From Felis catus (Eukaryota): DNA of 64,000 nucleotides. The stretch spans positions 24,120,001 through 24,184,000 of the forward strand of contig NC_058383.1 in the NCBI RefSeq assembly GCF_018350175.1, read 5' to 3'. A model generated the notes under the pieces. The model saw only the letters and a list, made by a program, of their open reading frames with translations. It searched no databases and was not told the origin of the DNA. Positions 1-12,561 of this stretch are shown in pieces. Position 1 is the stretch's first letter; every line of letters starts with the position of its first letter. A program made the translations under genes and the position numbers.

Positions 1-643
1 GAAAATATAATAAAATACAGAAGGCCACTACATTATGATCAAAGAGTCAATCTAGCAAGGAAATATGACATTTATACATATACACACCCATCAAAGAAGC
101 ACCAAAATACATAAAACAAATATTAACAGACCTAAATTGGGAAACTGACAGTAGTATATAGTAGGGGATTTTCACACCCCATGGATAGGTCATCCAGACA
201 GAAAATCCATAAGGTAACATCAGCCTTAAATAACACATTATACCTGATGGACTTAATATATATATACAAAACATTCCATACAAAAGCAGAATATACATTC
301 TTATCAAATGGACACAGAATATTCTCCAGAATTGATCACATATTAAACCACAAAACTAGTCTCACTAATTCAAGAAAACTGAAATCTTATCAACCTTTTT
401 TTCGAACACAATGATATAAAACTAAAGTCAATTACTAGAAACTAGAAAACTACAAATATGTGGAGATTAAACATGTTACTGATCAGCAACTAGTTCAGAG
501 AAGAAATCAGGGGAGAAACTAAAAAAAATGCAAACAATTATGATACACCAAAATCTATGATATACAGCAAAAGTGGTTTTAAAGGAAAGGTTTTTTGTTT
601 GTTTTTTTAGCAATTTAGCCCTATCTCAAGAAACAAGAGATGT

Positions 644-875
644 GGGGCGCCTGGGTGGTGCAGTTGGTTAAGCGTCCGACTTCAGCCAGGTCACGATCTC
701 GCGGTCCCGGAGTTCGAGCCCCGCGTCAGGCTCTGGGCTGATGGCTCGGAGCCTGGAGCCTGTTTCCGATTCTGTGTCTCCCTCTCTCTCTGCCCCTCCC
801 CCGTTCATGCTCTGTCTCTCTCTGTCCCCAAAAAAAAAATAAATAAAAAGTTGAAAAAAAAATTAAAAAAAAAAA
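644..875 (+). mobile_element. Young Felidae Can-SINE (SINEC_Fc type)
   Basis: GGGGCGCCTGGGTGG head, (CT)n, AATAAA, A-tail; 16-bp TSD AAGAAACAAGAGATGT at 628-643 and 876-891. Confidence 0.95.
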
Positions 876-1578
876 AAGAAACAAGAGATGTATCAAATAA
901 ACAATCTAATTTTACAACTAAAAGAACTTGAAAAGTATAAACATAGCCCAAAGTTACCAGAAAAGAAATAATAAGGATTATAATGGAAATAAATTAGGGA
1001 CTAAAAAACAATAGAAAAGATCAATGAAACTAAGAGCTAGTCCTTTGACACAATAAACAAAACTGATAAAACTTTAGCTAGACTCACCAAGAAAAAGAGA
1101 GAGAGGGTGCAGATAGAATCACAAATGAAAGATGAGAATTTACAACTAATACCACAGAAATACAAAGGATCATAAGAGACCACTATTAAAATTATACATC
1201 AACAAACTGAACAACTTAGAAGTTCCTAGAAATTTATAATCTTCCAAGAGTGAAACATGAAGAAATAGGCAATTCTGAATAGACCAATTATTAGTAAAGG
1301 GAATGTAACAGTAATAAAAAACCTCCCAAAAAACAAAACTCTAGGAGTAGACAGCTTCACTGGTGAATACTAACAAACTAACAAAGAAGAATTAATACTT
1401 AACCTTCTCAAACTCCTTTAAAAAAAATGAAGAGGAGGAAACAATTCCAAACTTAGTTAAAAAGGCTAGCATTACTCTGTATCAAAACCAGACAATCACA
1501 CCACAAAAAATAAAATTACAGGCCAGTATCCCTGATAAATACAGATGTAAAAATACTCAACAAAATATTAACAAGCCA

Positions 1579-1836
1579 GGGGCGCCTGGGTGGCTCAGTC
1601 AGTTAAGTGTCCAACTTTGGCTCAGGTCATGATCTCACAGTTCATGAATTTGAGCCCCATATTGGGCTCTGTGCTGACAGCTCAGAGCCTGGAGCCTGCT
1701 TTGGATTCTGTGTCTCCTTCTCTCTCTGCCCCTGCCCAACTTGTGCTCTGTCTCTCTCTCTCCTTCAAAAATAAATAAAAGTAAAAAAATTTAAATTGTG
1801 CATTAAATACTGTTATCCCTTCTTTAAAAAAAACAT
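1579..1836 (+). mobile_element. Can-SINE with 3' read-through extension
   Basis: SINE body plus 30-bp extra tag and second A-run; imperfect TSD ATATTAACAAGCCA (1565-1578) / ATATTAACAAATCA (1837-1850). Confidence 0.9.
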
Positions 1837-3160
1837 ATATTAACAAATCAAATTCAATAATATATTAAAAGGATCAAATACCATGATCAAGTGGGATTTA
1901 TTCCAGGGATGCAAGGATGGCTCAACATCTGCAAATCAATAAGATATAGCATTAACAAAATAAAAGATAAAAATGATATGATCATCCCAACAGATGCAGA
2001 AAAAGCATCTGACAAAATTTAGCATCCATTTATGATAAAAATTCTCAACAAAGTAAAAACAGAGGAAACATACCTTAACATAATAAAGTCCATTTATGAC
2101 TAACCCACAGCTAAAATCATATTAATGGTGAAAAGCTGAAAGCTAAGATCAGGAACAAAACAAGGCTGTCCACTAGCCCCACTTTTATTCAGCATAGTCT
2201 TGCAATTCTTAGCCACAGCAATCAGACAAGAAAAAGAAATAAAAGGTATCCAAATTTGAAAGAAAGAAGTAAAACTGTTTGCCATATATAAAAAATCCTA
2301 AAGACCCTACTAAAACAGAATAAAGGAATTCAATAAAGTTGCAGGATACAAAATTAATATACACAAATATATGAATTTCTATACATTGACAATAAACAAT
2401 AAGAGAAAAATTATGAAAATAATCCCATTTACAGCTGCACCAGAAAAAAATAATAAAAGATACCTAGGAATAAATTTAACTATGGAGGTGAAAGACCTGC
2501 ATACTGAACTCTATAATACATTGTTGGAAAAAAAATGGAGAAGACACAGATAAATTGGACGATTATTCCATGCTCATGGATTGTTAGAATTAAGAGTTAA
2601 AATTTCCATTTTACCAAAAGCAATCTACAGATTCAAAGTAATCCCTATCAAAATTCCAATGACATTTTTTTTTATAAAACTAGAATAATTCTAAAATTTA
2701 TATGGAACCACAAAGACCTTGAATAGCCAAAACAATTTTGAGAAAGAAGAACAAAGCTAACAGGTATCATGCTCTCTGATTTCAATGTATACTTCCAAGC
2801 TATAATAATCAGAACAGTATGGTATTGGCATAAAAATAAAAAAATAAATCAATGGAAAATAATAGCAAGCTCCTTAATAAATCCATGCATACATGGCAAT
2901 TAACTTACAACAAAGGAGGTAAGAATATACAATGGCAAAAGGACAGTCTCTTCAGCAAATGATGTTGAGAAAACTGAATAGCTACACGCAAAAAAATGCA
3001 ATTGGATCACTATCTTACCCCATATGCAAAACAAACTCAAAATGGATGAAAGATTTGAATGTAAGACCTGCCTGAAACCATAAAACTCCTAGGAGAAAAC
3101 AGGCAACAAGTCTCCTTCACAATGGTCCTACCAATATTTTTTTTGGATCTGACTCCAAAG

Positions 3161-3317
3161 GCCAACTGGATGTCTTCTTTGGAGAAATGTCTGTTCATGT
3201 ATTCTGCACATTGTTTACTTGGGTTGTTTGTTGTTTGGTTGTTGAGTTTTGTAAGGTCTTTATATATTTTGTATGCTAGCTCTTTATTGGGTATGATGTC
3301 ATTTGCAAGTATCTTCT
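3161..3317 (-). mobile_element. Inverted L1 ORF2 3' fragment
   Basis: Reverse complement reads gaagatacttgcaaatgac...catttctccaaagaagacatccag, typical late ORF2. Confidence 0.85.
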
Positions 3318-3680
3318 GTAAAGTAACATACCAAGAATGAACTTGTAAAATATGTAAACTACGGATCTGGACATTTTGATGTGTTAATGGAGGTTGATCA
3401 GTTGTAATGATCTGTTGAGTAGTAGTATGAGTATCAGTGAAACACAACATTAAACAAAAATAAGATACCTCAATACATACACTAGAATGACTGAGAAGGG
3501 ACACTGTACAGGAAAGTTAACAAAGGCATGAAACTGAGATCCCTACCAAGGCGTTCTTGCAAGAACAACCCTGGCTAGCATATGAAAACTTGGATCTCAG
3601 GAGATTCCTACCCTTCTCCAACCGATAGGTGGCACTCACTGCACCTAAATCGTTTCGGCCCAAACAACGTGGTTTATGTT

Positions 3681-4783
3681 TGAAGGGGTTCAGAACAAAA
3701 TATTCTCTGGGGGTTCTCTCCAAAATATTCCCCTTTTGGAGAGGGGTTCTCTCCAAAATATTCTGCTTTGGTATATTTATTATTTTGAATGAGGGAATTT
3801 GAGTAACAACAGATGCAAGAAGGGCTTTCTGACCTCCTCCCTTTATATCTAAAAACAGTCATAAAACTTTATATGAAAGTCTGATGAGTGGATTAAGAAG
3901 ATATGGTATAAACATACAATGGAATATTACTCAGCCATCAAAAGAATGAAATCTTGCCATCTGCAACAATGTGGATGGAGTTAGAGTGTATTATACTCAG
4001 TGAAATACATCAGTCAGAGAAAAATACTGTATGATTTCACTCATATGTGGAATTTAAGAAGTAAAACAAATACACATAGGGGAAGGGAGAAAAATGGGAA
4101 ACAAACCAAAAGAGAGACTCTTAACTACAGAGGACAAACTGAGGGTTGATGAAGGGGAGGTGGGTGAGGAATAGGTTAAATGGGTGATGGGCATTAGGAG
4201 GGCACTTGTTTTGAGCACTGGGTGTTATACTTAAATGAATTACTAAATTCTACTCCTGAAACCAATACTACATTATATATGTTAACTAAAATTTAAATAA
4301 AAATTTGGGGAAAAAATCTGAGAAATTGGAGAAAAACAAAGAGAACAGAAGAAAAAACCAATTTCACATGAAGAAAGCACCCTCTCTGTACCAGAAAAAA
4401 AAAGAACATTTGCATGACCAGAACACTGAAGTTCACTCTGAAAAGGACCTGTACAAAAAACCCTACTAAAATAACCTTTATCTTCCATTACTTCCCCCTA
4501 TATATTTCTTAGTCACTTTCCCACAATTGACTATCTCTAGCCCAAATCCTTTTGTCTTATCACATTTCCACATATTTATCATTTCTTTGTTAAAAAAGTA
4601 TATAACCTCTGAGTCCAAACTGATGCTTTAGGTCTTCATTTTCCTTATGAAGACCCCCATATGCATGTAAAAATGTTAAATAAAATTTGCATGCTTTTCT
4701 TCTGTTAGTCTGTCTTACATCAGTTTAATTCTCAGGCCTAGCCAAGGACTCTGACTGCAGAAGGAAGTCTTTTCTCTCCGACA
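3681..4783 (+). mobile_element. MER34/MER39-like ERV1 solo LTR, itself interrupted by an L1 3' fragment
   Basis: Starts TGAAGGGGTTCAGAACA, ends CCGACA; 4-bp TSD TGTT/TGCT; TATA-like element and AATAAA in the 3' half. Confidence 0.7.
3880..4355 (+). mobile_element. 5'-truncated carnivore L1 3' end
   Basis: gatgagtggattaagaagatatgg...gaaatcttgccat, carnivore L1 3'UTR and A-rich tail. Confidence 0.85.
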
Positions 4784-5676
4784 TGCTGAATACCTGCTTT
4801 CCTTCTGGGAGCCTGGAATTTTGGTACATGCGAGGCAAAGGGTACCTATATGATTGCTGTACAATCAAAAACTTGGGGGCTGAGTCTCTGATGGGCTTAT
4901 ATAAGCAGAAACATCACATGTGTCACGTCATTCTTGCTGCTAAGGGAAGAGTGAGCTACATGTGCCCCCTCAGGGGGGAGAGTGAGCATAAAGAAAACTG
5001 CACATTCCTCTAGACTCCACCTGTGTCTTTTTCATTATGACCCAGCTGTATATCCTTCCTACATCACTGCAATAAATCTTAGCCATGAATGTGACTATAT
5101 GATTAGTACTGTGAGTACTTCTAGCAAGTCTTTAAATATAGAGGTAGTCACTTCTAGCAAGTCTTTAAATATAGAGGTAGTCTTGGGGACCTCAAACTCA
5201 GGCACAAGAGAACTCTATGGGGTGATGGCAGTGTACCATGTTTTGATATGTATTTGTCAAGACAGACTGGATAGTACACTTAATATCTGAGCATTTCACC
5301 ATGTGTAAATTATAGTTCAATAAAATAAAAATGATTAAGAAGGCTAAAAAATTTATAAATGCCAAGTTACAACAGGCAAGTATTACAAGCAAGGAGCAGG
5401 CACAGTAGAAATCAGGCCAAAAGGCAAAGAAAAATTTATATTGCTTAAGTCTACAATTTATGAGAAAGAAACAATAATTTTATCTCTGCTCTCAGTAATA
5501 CATAAAACCCAACTACAAGAAATGCCAAGAAATAAACACAGGCACACTAATGACAGGATAACTTAATAAAACAGTCCAAGAAAAGGCAAGTAGACAAAAA
5601 ATAAGTGAGGGTATATAAGCCTTAGTAAATAAATCAGAAACTATTTAAACAGTGATTGAAGGAAACAAAGATAACA

Positions 5677-5890
5677 GGGGCACCTGGGTGGCTCAGTGGG
5701 TTGAGTTTCCAACTTCTGCTCAGGTCACCATCTTGCCGTTGGTGAGTCTGAGCCCTGCATTGGGCTCTGTGCTGACAGCTCAGAGCCTGGAACCTGCTTC
5801 AGATTCTTTGTCTCCCTCTCTCTGGCCCTCCTCCACTGATGCTCTGTCTCTCTGTGTCTCAAAAATAGATATAAAAAAAATTTTTTTAAA
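5677..5890 (+). mobile_element. Can-SINE
   Basis: GGGGCACCTGGGTGGCTCAG head, CT region, A-tail. Confidence 0.9.
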
Positions 5891-8107
5891 GACAACATAA
5901 ATGCTCATGTTAATAAAAAAAATAGGTAAATTGAAAAAAACTACAATATTAAAATGGAAAATAGTAGGCTAAAGAAAATAACAAAAATAAGGAAAATTAT
6001 GGGGTTAAAAAACTGAAGAACTTCAGAATTAAAAAAAAATCAAAATTAGTTCTATGGGGAAAAGGAAAGGAAAAACAACTAGCTAACCTGTTCAAGAAAA
6101 GGAGAAAAAAATACTATAAAAAGACAAGGAGGAAAACACATTTAAACAGAGGATTTTTTTTAAATCATAAGAGATTACATGTATAACTTTATGCAAATAC
6201 ATTTTAAAATCTATTTGAATGGAAAATTTCCTAGAAAAATACAATATACCAAAATTTATCCTTTTGGAGATATAAAACAGTCCAATTTTCATCGAAGAAA
6301 CATAAATAGTATCAAAGAAATGCTCCATCATAGCATAGGGAAATTCTGTCAAACCTTCAAATATCAGACAATTCCAATACTACTTAAACTTTCAAGAGCA
6401 TATAAAGTAAATGACCAAATTATTTTTAGAAAGCAAATCTATCTAACAAAGACTACTTCCCAAAAAACCCCACTAATTCCACTCACATATCAATGCAAAA
6501 ATTCTGAATAGAATACTACCAAGCATAATTACATTAAAAAAAAATTAACACTCTAAGCAGGTGGCATTTATTCCAGGAACAGAAGGGTGGTTCAATATTA
6601 GAAAATCTATCATGTAATTCACCATATTAATGTATCTCGGGGGGGGGGGGAAATCTTACAATCACCTCCTTGAAAAGGCCTCTGACAAAATTTAACTTCT
6701 GTTCCTGATTAAAACCACTAAAAACAAATAGGAATTCATGAATATGTTCTAACACAGTAAAATGTATACACAAAGAATGATGGCCAGTGTACTCACTACG
6801 GTTTCACAATGTATTAAGGATATTAGACAATGAAATCAGACAAGAGAAAACAAGAGTAAAACTATCAAGCAGATATAATTGCTTGACCTAAAAGAATCAG
6901 AGTGAAAAGCAAAAAATTAAATCTTCTTAAATTTTAATAGTATATAAAATTTTACTTAATTTGTAGTAATATATAAAATTAATGTAAAAACCAGTAACTT
7001 TCACATACACAGTTCTTATAAACAGAAAACTTATTACAAGGCATAAAAGAAGAGAATATTCCAGTTTATAATGGTAACAAAAAGACAAAATACTTAGAAA
7101 CAAATATAACAACAAATGTGCGATTTTAAATGAGGAAAACTTTAAAGCCCTATTGTAAAACTCAGAAATTGATTTGAACAGTTGGAAAAATATTCCTTGT
7201 TCTTAAATAGGATGATATAAAATAAATATATCATTCTTCTCCCAAGTCAGTATGTATTTAATGTTGTCTCACTGAAAATAATAACCAGTAAGTTTCTTTT
7301 TCATTCTAAAGTTTATGTGGAAAGGTAAGAAAAAACAGCTAGGAAAACACTGAAAAATAAGATTAATGAGGTGAAGTTTAGCTCTACCAGATGTTAAAAC
7401 ATTCTATAAAGTCTACTTAAAAATGGGTGGTGCTAGTATTTTACTAAATAATTGAAAGTCAGAAAAATGGAACAGAATAAAAAGTCAAGAAATAAACCAA
7501 AACACATACAGAAATTCAGGATATGCTGTGACAATGAATTCCCTGGGCAAAAGATGTATTTTTAATAAATGTTGCTAGAACAAAATAATGCTCATTTGGA
7601 AAAGGTAAAATGTGGAAATGGGAAAAGTCTCCATGAAATCAAAATCCACTAGCAATACAAGTTTCATATTATAATATATATATAAAAAAGTAAGTGTTGT
7701 GCAGTAAATAGTAACGTGAGCCAAGTTAAAAGACAAATGACAAACTGAGGAAACTAGCAATGCATATGACAGGCAAAGGGCTCATCTCTCTAAAATATAG
7801 AGTTCTTCAAATGGAAGGGGGAAAATAAGCACCACAAAAATAGGGGGGGGGGAAAGAAACAACCCTGTGTGGTATTGGTGAAGAGATAAAAACTACGATC
7901 AACGACACAGAATAGGATCCAGAAATAGATTCACATAAATATGGTCAATTATTTCCCACAAATTACCAAAGGAATTCAATGGGTAAAGAAAAGACTTCAA
8001 ACAATGGTGCTGGGACAACTGAATATGTGAATGGGAAAAAAAAATGAGCACTGACCTTACCTCAAAAATGAACTCCAAATATATGACAGATCTAAATTAA
8101 AAGTCTA

Positions 8108-8330
8108 GGGGCGCCTGGGTGGCGCAGTCGGTTAAGCGTCCGACTTCAGCCAGGTCATGATCTCGCGGTCCAGGAGTTCGAGCCCCGCGTCAGGCTCTGG
8201 GCTGATGGCTCGGAGCCTGGAGCCTGTTTCCGATTCTGTGTCTCCCTCTCTCTCTGCCCCTCCCCCGTTCATGCTCTGTCTCTCTCTGTCCCAAAAATGA
8301 ATAAAAACGTTGAAAAAAATTTAAAAAAAA
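8108..8330 (+). mobile_element. Young Felidae Can-SINE
   Basis: Near-identical to the 644 copy; TSD AAAAGTCTA on both sides. Confidence 0.95.
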
Positions 8331-10471
8331 AAGTCTAAAAATATAAAACTTTCAAAGGAAACAGAAGAAAATCCCATTAACCTGGTATATGAAGATTTCT
8401 TACTTAGGACACCCAAACTATGAGGCACAAAAGAAAATGTAACTGGATGTAAGCAATATAAAAAACTTTTACTCTTCAAAAGACATTGCTGAAAAAAACC
8501 AAAAAGCCAGCCAGAAAAAGGAAATATTCATAATACATGTATCTGATAAAGATCTTCTATCTAGAATACATAAAAAATTCATATAAAATTTTAGGAACAG
8601 AAAACAGATCAGTACTCTAGTTATGGGAGGATGTGACAAAGGGGTACTGGGGAAAAGAGCCAGACACAAATGTACAGCCCACATGATTCCGTTAAGATGG
8701 TACCCAGAATAGGCAAAACCCTATCAAGGGTTAGGGTGAGCAGGGTGAGTGGTGGTTGAAAACAAAGGGGCAGGAGGATATTTTCTGTTGTGATACAAAT
8801 AGTCTGTGTCTTCACAGAGGTATGTATTTTCAAAACCGATCAAACTGTCACTCAAAATCTGGGCATTCCATCTTATGTAAATTATACTTCAAGCGAAACA
8901 CATTTTAAAGATCATTGTAGCTCCTATTCATTGAACACAAAGGGTAAAAAACCAAAAAGCAAAAAACCAATCTTTAGCTTTAAGAATGTGACAAGGCACC
9001 TTCGACAGCCCTATAGTAGGGATAGTGTAATTTTCTTTTGGGTCTCAAACAACATGAAGCCTGGTGCACTGCGCATTATTTATATAAAGATTGCAATTCT
9101 CAATATAAGACTAACCTCACTCAAAATGGCATGGCAGGTGTTCTGTTTATATGGCAATGGCGTAACATCAACTTATAATTCATACAACCTTCTAATTCTG
9201 CAATAGTGCCATTCTTCAATTTTTCATTAGGAGGGAGGGCTTCACCTCAGGGTAAATATTACTCCTCACTGATTGATAAAAGACACTCAATATATGTCTG
9301 CTACATTAATAATAAAGGAGTTTATGCCAATCAAAGTCTTAAAGAGAAAAAAAAAAACTACAGAAACAAAGTTCCTAAAGCAAAACCATATCAAAACAAA
9401 GATTCATACCAAAAAAAAAAAAATGATCATTCACCAGAATACTGGAAATAGTAAGATAAAATGAAAACAGAATGATTGCATAAATAATGGTAATCCCTTC
9501 AGTGAAATTTTATTTCATCTGTTTTAAAGAGGATAAATTTCATGAGAGGATAATATATCGTGAAAGGGGGAAAGATGAAAAACATTCTATGTGATATAAA
9601 TGCTTTAAAAAAACATATATGTTAGTTTATGTATAAAGAAGAAAAATGACAGAATAAACAAATGTGTTGACAGTACTTGTCTCTCAGGTGGTGGAATATA
9701 GGAGATTTACACATTCTATAATTTGTTATGCCTTTAAGATTTGAATTCTACACAATTCACCTGTACTATTGTTCTAATTGCTTCTTCAGATGTTGGGGGT
9801 AAAAATCTGTGAAGAAAGAACTACCTGATGTACTAGCTGACCCAAGAACTTTTTTCTCTTGCTCTTATAGTGAATAATATTTTGATATATTAACCATAAG
9901 TTTGCACTTTAGTACAATCTTAGTATTGAAGTACTACATTCCCAATTTTTTTTTTTTTTTTTTTGTCTCAAAGAAGAGTGAGGAACACCTAAGCCTAAAA
10001 GGACAAAGTCTAATTTTTACCATTTATCCTTTCTAGGGTAACTCATGTGATTTGGAATTATACACAAAGAGGGAGTACAAAGCTTCTTAAAAACCTGTCA
10101 TTCCACCTCCTTCACTACCTCCAAGACAGATTTGGGAGAACCTTCAGGAAGAAGAGTCTAAAAGAGCCTGGCCAGCAATCAGTTCACCCACAATATCCTG
10201 GCCCTAAGTACTAATTTCACTACCACTCTTGTCCTCCCCAAAGCTGGATGTAACACTGGGGTGGGAGGGAAAAGAAGAGGACGTAGAAGAGGCACAAACC
10301 TAGTATGTCTGAAAAGTTTTAGGGCAGTCTATTGATGTGTGGGTTCCAAAAACACAATTAAATGGAGTTACTGAAAATTAAGCTTACATTGCTTACAGTG
10401 CTGATTTCTTAAAATGAGATTTTTAGTCACTATACTTACTTCATTTACTTTTCTTAAAAGTACGTAGCTAA

Positions 10472-10688
10472 TTTTTTTTTTTATATAATGTTTTTAAATT
10501 TATTTTTGAGACAGAGAGAGACAGAGCATGAGCAGGGGAGGGACAAGAGAGAGGGAGACACAGAATCCGAAGCAGGCTCCAGACTCTGAGCTGTCAGCAC
10601 AGAGCCCAACGTGGGACTTGAACTCACAGACGGAGAGATCATGAACTGAGCCAAAGTTGGACACTCAACAGAGCCACCCAGGCGCCCC
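10472..10688 (-). mobile_element. Can-SINE
   Basis: Reverse-complement SINE ending CCACCCAGGCGCCCC, with T-tail. Confidence 0.9.
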
Positions 10689-10779
10689 ATGAGTTGTTCT
10701 GAGTGAAATATAGCAGCTTTCTTAACTCTGCTAATACAGAGGCATCTTTCCTTTTAAATCTTCTGCCTACTTTGCATAC

Positions 10780-11770
10780 AATGAGGTTACCAAGATGGCC
10801 TGCCTGTTACTCTGAGCTGGACCAACCTTTAGAAAGGCTCTTCTGGCTCTAGGTCCTAACCACCCTTTTCTTTGAACATGTGCTTTAGAAAACTTGTAAT
10901 TATACATCCTTTCTCTGTTTAAAATACAGATAACCCTTTTTTACAAGCCTCTTTCCTGTTTTACAACCCCAAACTGCCTTTCTGAAGGACCTGGGAGTCA
11001 TCCTTTGACACGTAATCCTCAAGGAAGATAACACCCCTATTCCCAGTCTCTGTGCGAGGGGAGGAGCTAGCTTTCGACAGGCACCAATCAGCAAACACAG
11101 ATGGCCTCATCAGAGAACCACATGGACAAACTCAGGAAGTTACTCAAGGTGTTCTCCTGGTGAACCTTCCCTCCGAAAGGGCGGGCCTACGCCGGCCGAC
11201 TCCATCTTGTTCTGTGTTCTCCACCTTGAGTGACTATGTCCCCGACATGACCCCTTTTCCGGGAAAATCGCAGACTGCGCCTCCTCCCCTTGAGTAACCT
11301 CCGGCTCACCCATTCAAACTTCCTGATCAAAACACGCCCAGCGACCTGCGTAGCAGGACTCCGACCCTTCCCCAGCCAATCGGCTGAGGCCACAGCCATT
11401 ACCTCACCAACTGCCCCTAGACCCCTATAAAACCTTTGTGCTTTTGAAACTCGCTGGCTCTCCCTGGTATCTCAATGCTGCGTCGGTGCAGGTAGGGGAT
11501 TGAGCTCGAGCTAGCTCGAATAAAGGCTCTTTTGCTTTTGCATCGGACTCGGCTCCCTAGTGGTCTTTGGGGATCACGAATTCTGGGCATAACACCTCCA
11601 ACTTTTCCAACTTTCCCACTGTCTCACCTCAGTCCACAAACACCTTCCCACCCTTTGTTTCAGCAGAGTTGAGCTCAGACTGAGTTCTGGCCTCTCTTCC
11701 CTGCTCCGATAGCCTCGCATAAAGTCTTCCTTGCCTGTTTTACTTCGTCCAGTGCAATTTTTGCTTCTAC
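10780..11770 (+). mobile_element. Older ERV1-class LTR hosting a younger LTR
   Basis: aaggacctgggagtcatc...aaggaagataacacccctat; 3' end ataaagtcttccttgcctgtttt...ctaca. Confidence 0.6.
11130..11594 (+). mobile_element. Young CpG-rich feline ERV (gamma-like) solo LTR
   Basis: CCAAT 11376-11380, TATAAAA 11426-11432, AATAAA 11519-11524, terminal ...GGGCATAACA; many intact CpGs; 5' boundary uncertain. Confidence 0.75.
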
Positions 11771-11960
11771 AGAAGAAAACTAAGACAACGTGAGCCTCCT
11801 GCAGCACTTAACTTCCATACCCCTTCTATTTATTCAACCCTTCCTGTGTTCTGTCAGTTGAAATAGTCTAGTAACCCTGAGAGATGGGTACACGTAATAT
11901 CCAGGTTCTTTCAGACAAGGAAACCCAGGCCTTGTGAAGTCAAAGTTTACCTTGGGTCAT

Positions 11961-12561
11961 TGCTATAATCTGACTGTCTGGGTCCTCCCCTCCTCCCCAG
12001 ATTCTTATGTTGAAATCCAAACCCTGGGGGCGCCTGGGTGGCGCAGTCGGTTAAGCGTCCGACTTCAGCCAGGTCACGATCTCGCGGTCCGTGAGTTCGA
12101 GCCCCGCATCAGGCTCTGGGCTGCTGGCTCAGAGCCTGGAGCCTGTTTCCGATTCTGTGTCTCCCTCTCTCTCTGCCCCTCCCCTGTTCATGCTCTGTCT
12201 CTCTCTGTCCCAAAAATAAATAAACGTTGAAAAAAAAAATTGAAATCCAAACCCGGATGTGATGGTATCAGGATGAGGGACATTGGGCACGTGATGAGGC
12301 CATGAGGATGGAGCCCCGATGAATGGGATTAGTGCCCATATTATAAGACAGGGCCCCAGAGAGCTCCCCTGTTTCCTCCACCATGTGAAGGACACAGTGG
12401 CAAGATGCCTGTCTATGCATCAGAAATCAGGCTCTCACCACACACCGAATCTCACGGACCTCTGAGCTGAGACTTCCCAGCCTCCAGAACTGTGAGAAAT
12501 ACATTTGGGTGGCCCAGCCCACGGCAGGTATTCTATTACAGCAGCCCCAGCTGACTGGGAC
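11961..12561 (+). mobile_element. MaLR LTR (MLT1A-like) split by a SINE
   Basis: atgaatgggattagtgccc, ccatgtgaaggacacag, gacttcccagcctccagaactgtgagaaata. Confidence 0.8.
12026..12239 (+). mobile_element. Young Felidae Can-SINE
   Basis: 15-bp TSD TTGAAATCCAAACCC at 12010-12024 and 12240-12254. Confidence 0.95.

Larger units (their letters stand above)
1..3160 (+). mobile_element. Degenerate LINE-1 ORF2 region (endonuclease end through RT), interrupted by two SINEs
   Basis: L1 ORF2-like translation (AEYTFLSNGHRIFSRIDHILNHK, 181-414) and RT-region DNA (gatcaagtgggatttattccagggatgcaagg); many stops and frameshifts. Confidence 0.9.
3318..5200 (+). mobile_element. MER21-like LTR split by a nested LTR
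   Basis: gtggtttatg|...|ctgaatacctgctttccttctgggagcctggaattttgg is continuous across the 3681-4783 insert; 3' end gtcttggggacctcaaac; family name from recall. Confidence 0.65.
5200..8900 (+). mobile_element. Old L1M fragments
   Basis: A-rich degenerate ORF2-like sequence and L1M-type 3' ends near 5330 and 8890. Confidence 0.7.

Noticed and set aside
1590..1778. Recurrent MAQSVK...-type ORFs and tRNA-like A/B boxes
   Set aside because: Can-SINE bodies; tRNA-derived but neither tRNA genes nor proteins
3161..3317. Twin-priming L1 inversion
   Set aside because: Junction is tail-to-tail with no associated poly(A) or TSD, which is the wrong geometry
3685..3763. Short spaced direct repeats resembling a CRISPR array
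   Set aside because: Only three units with 4-12 nt gaps, inside a mammalian LTR
9116..9197. Possible minus-strand exon (cag|...GAG|gttagt) downstream of the CpG island
   Set aside because: Stops in all three frames and a poor pyrimidine tract; could be a UTR exon but is unsupported without RNA data
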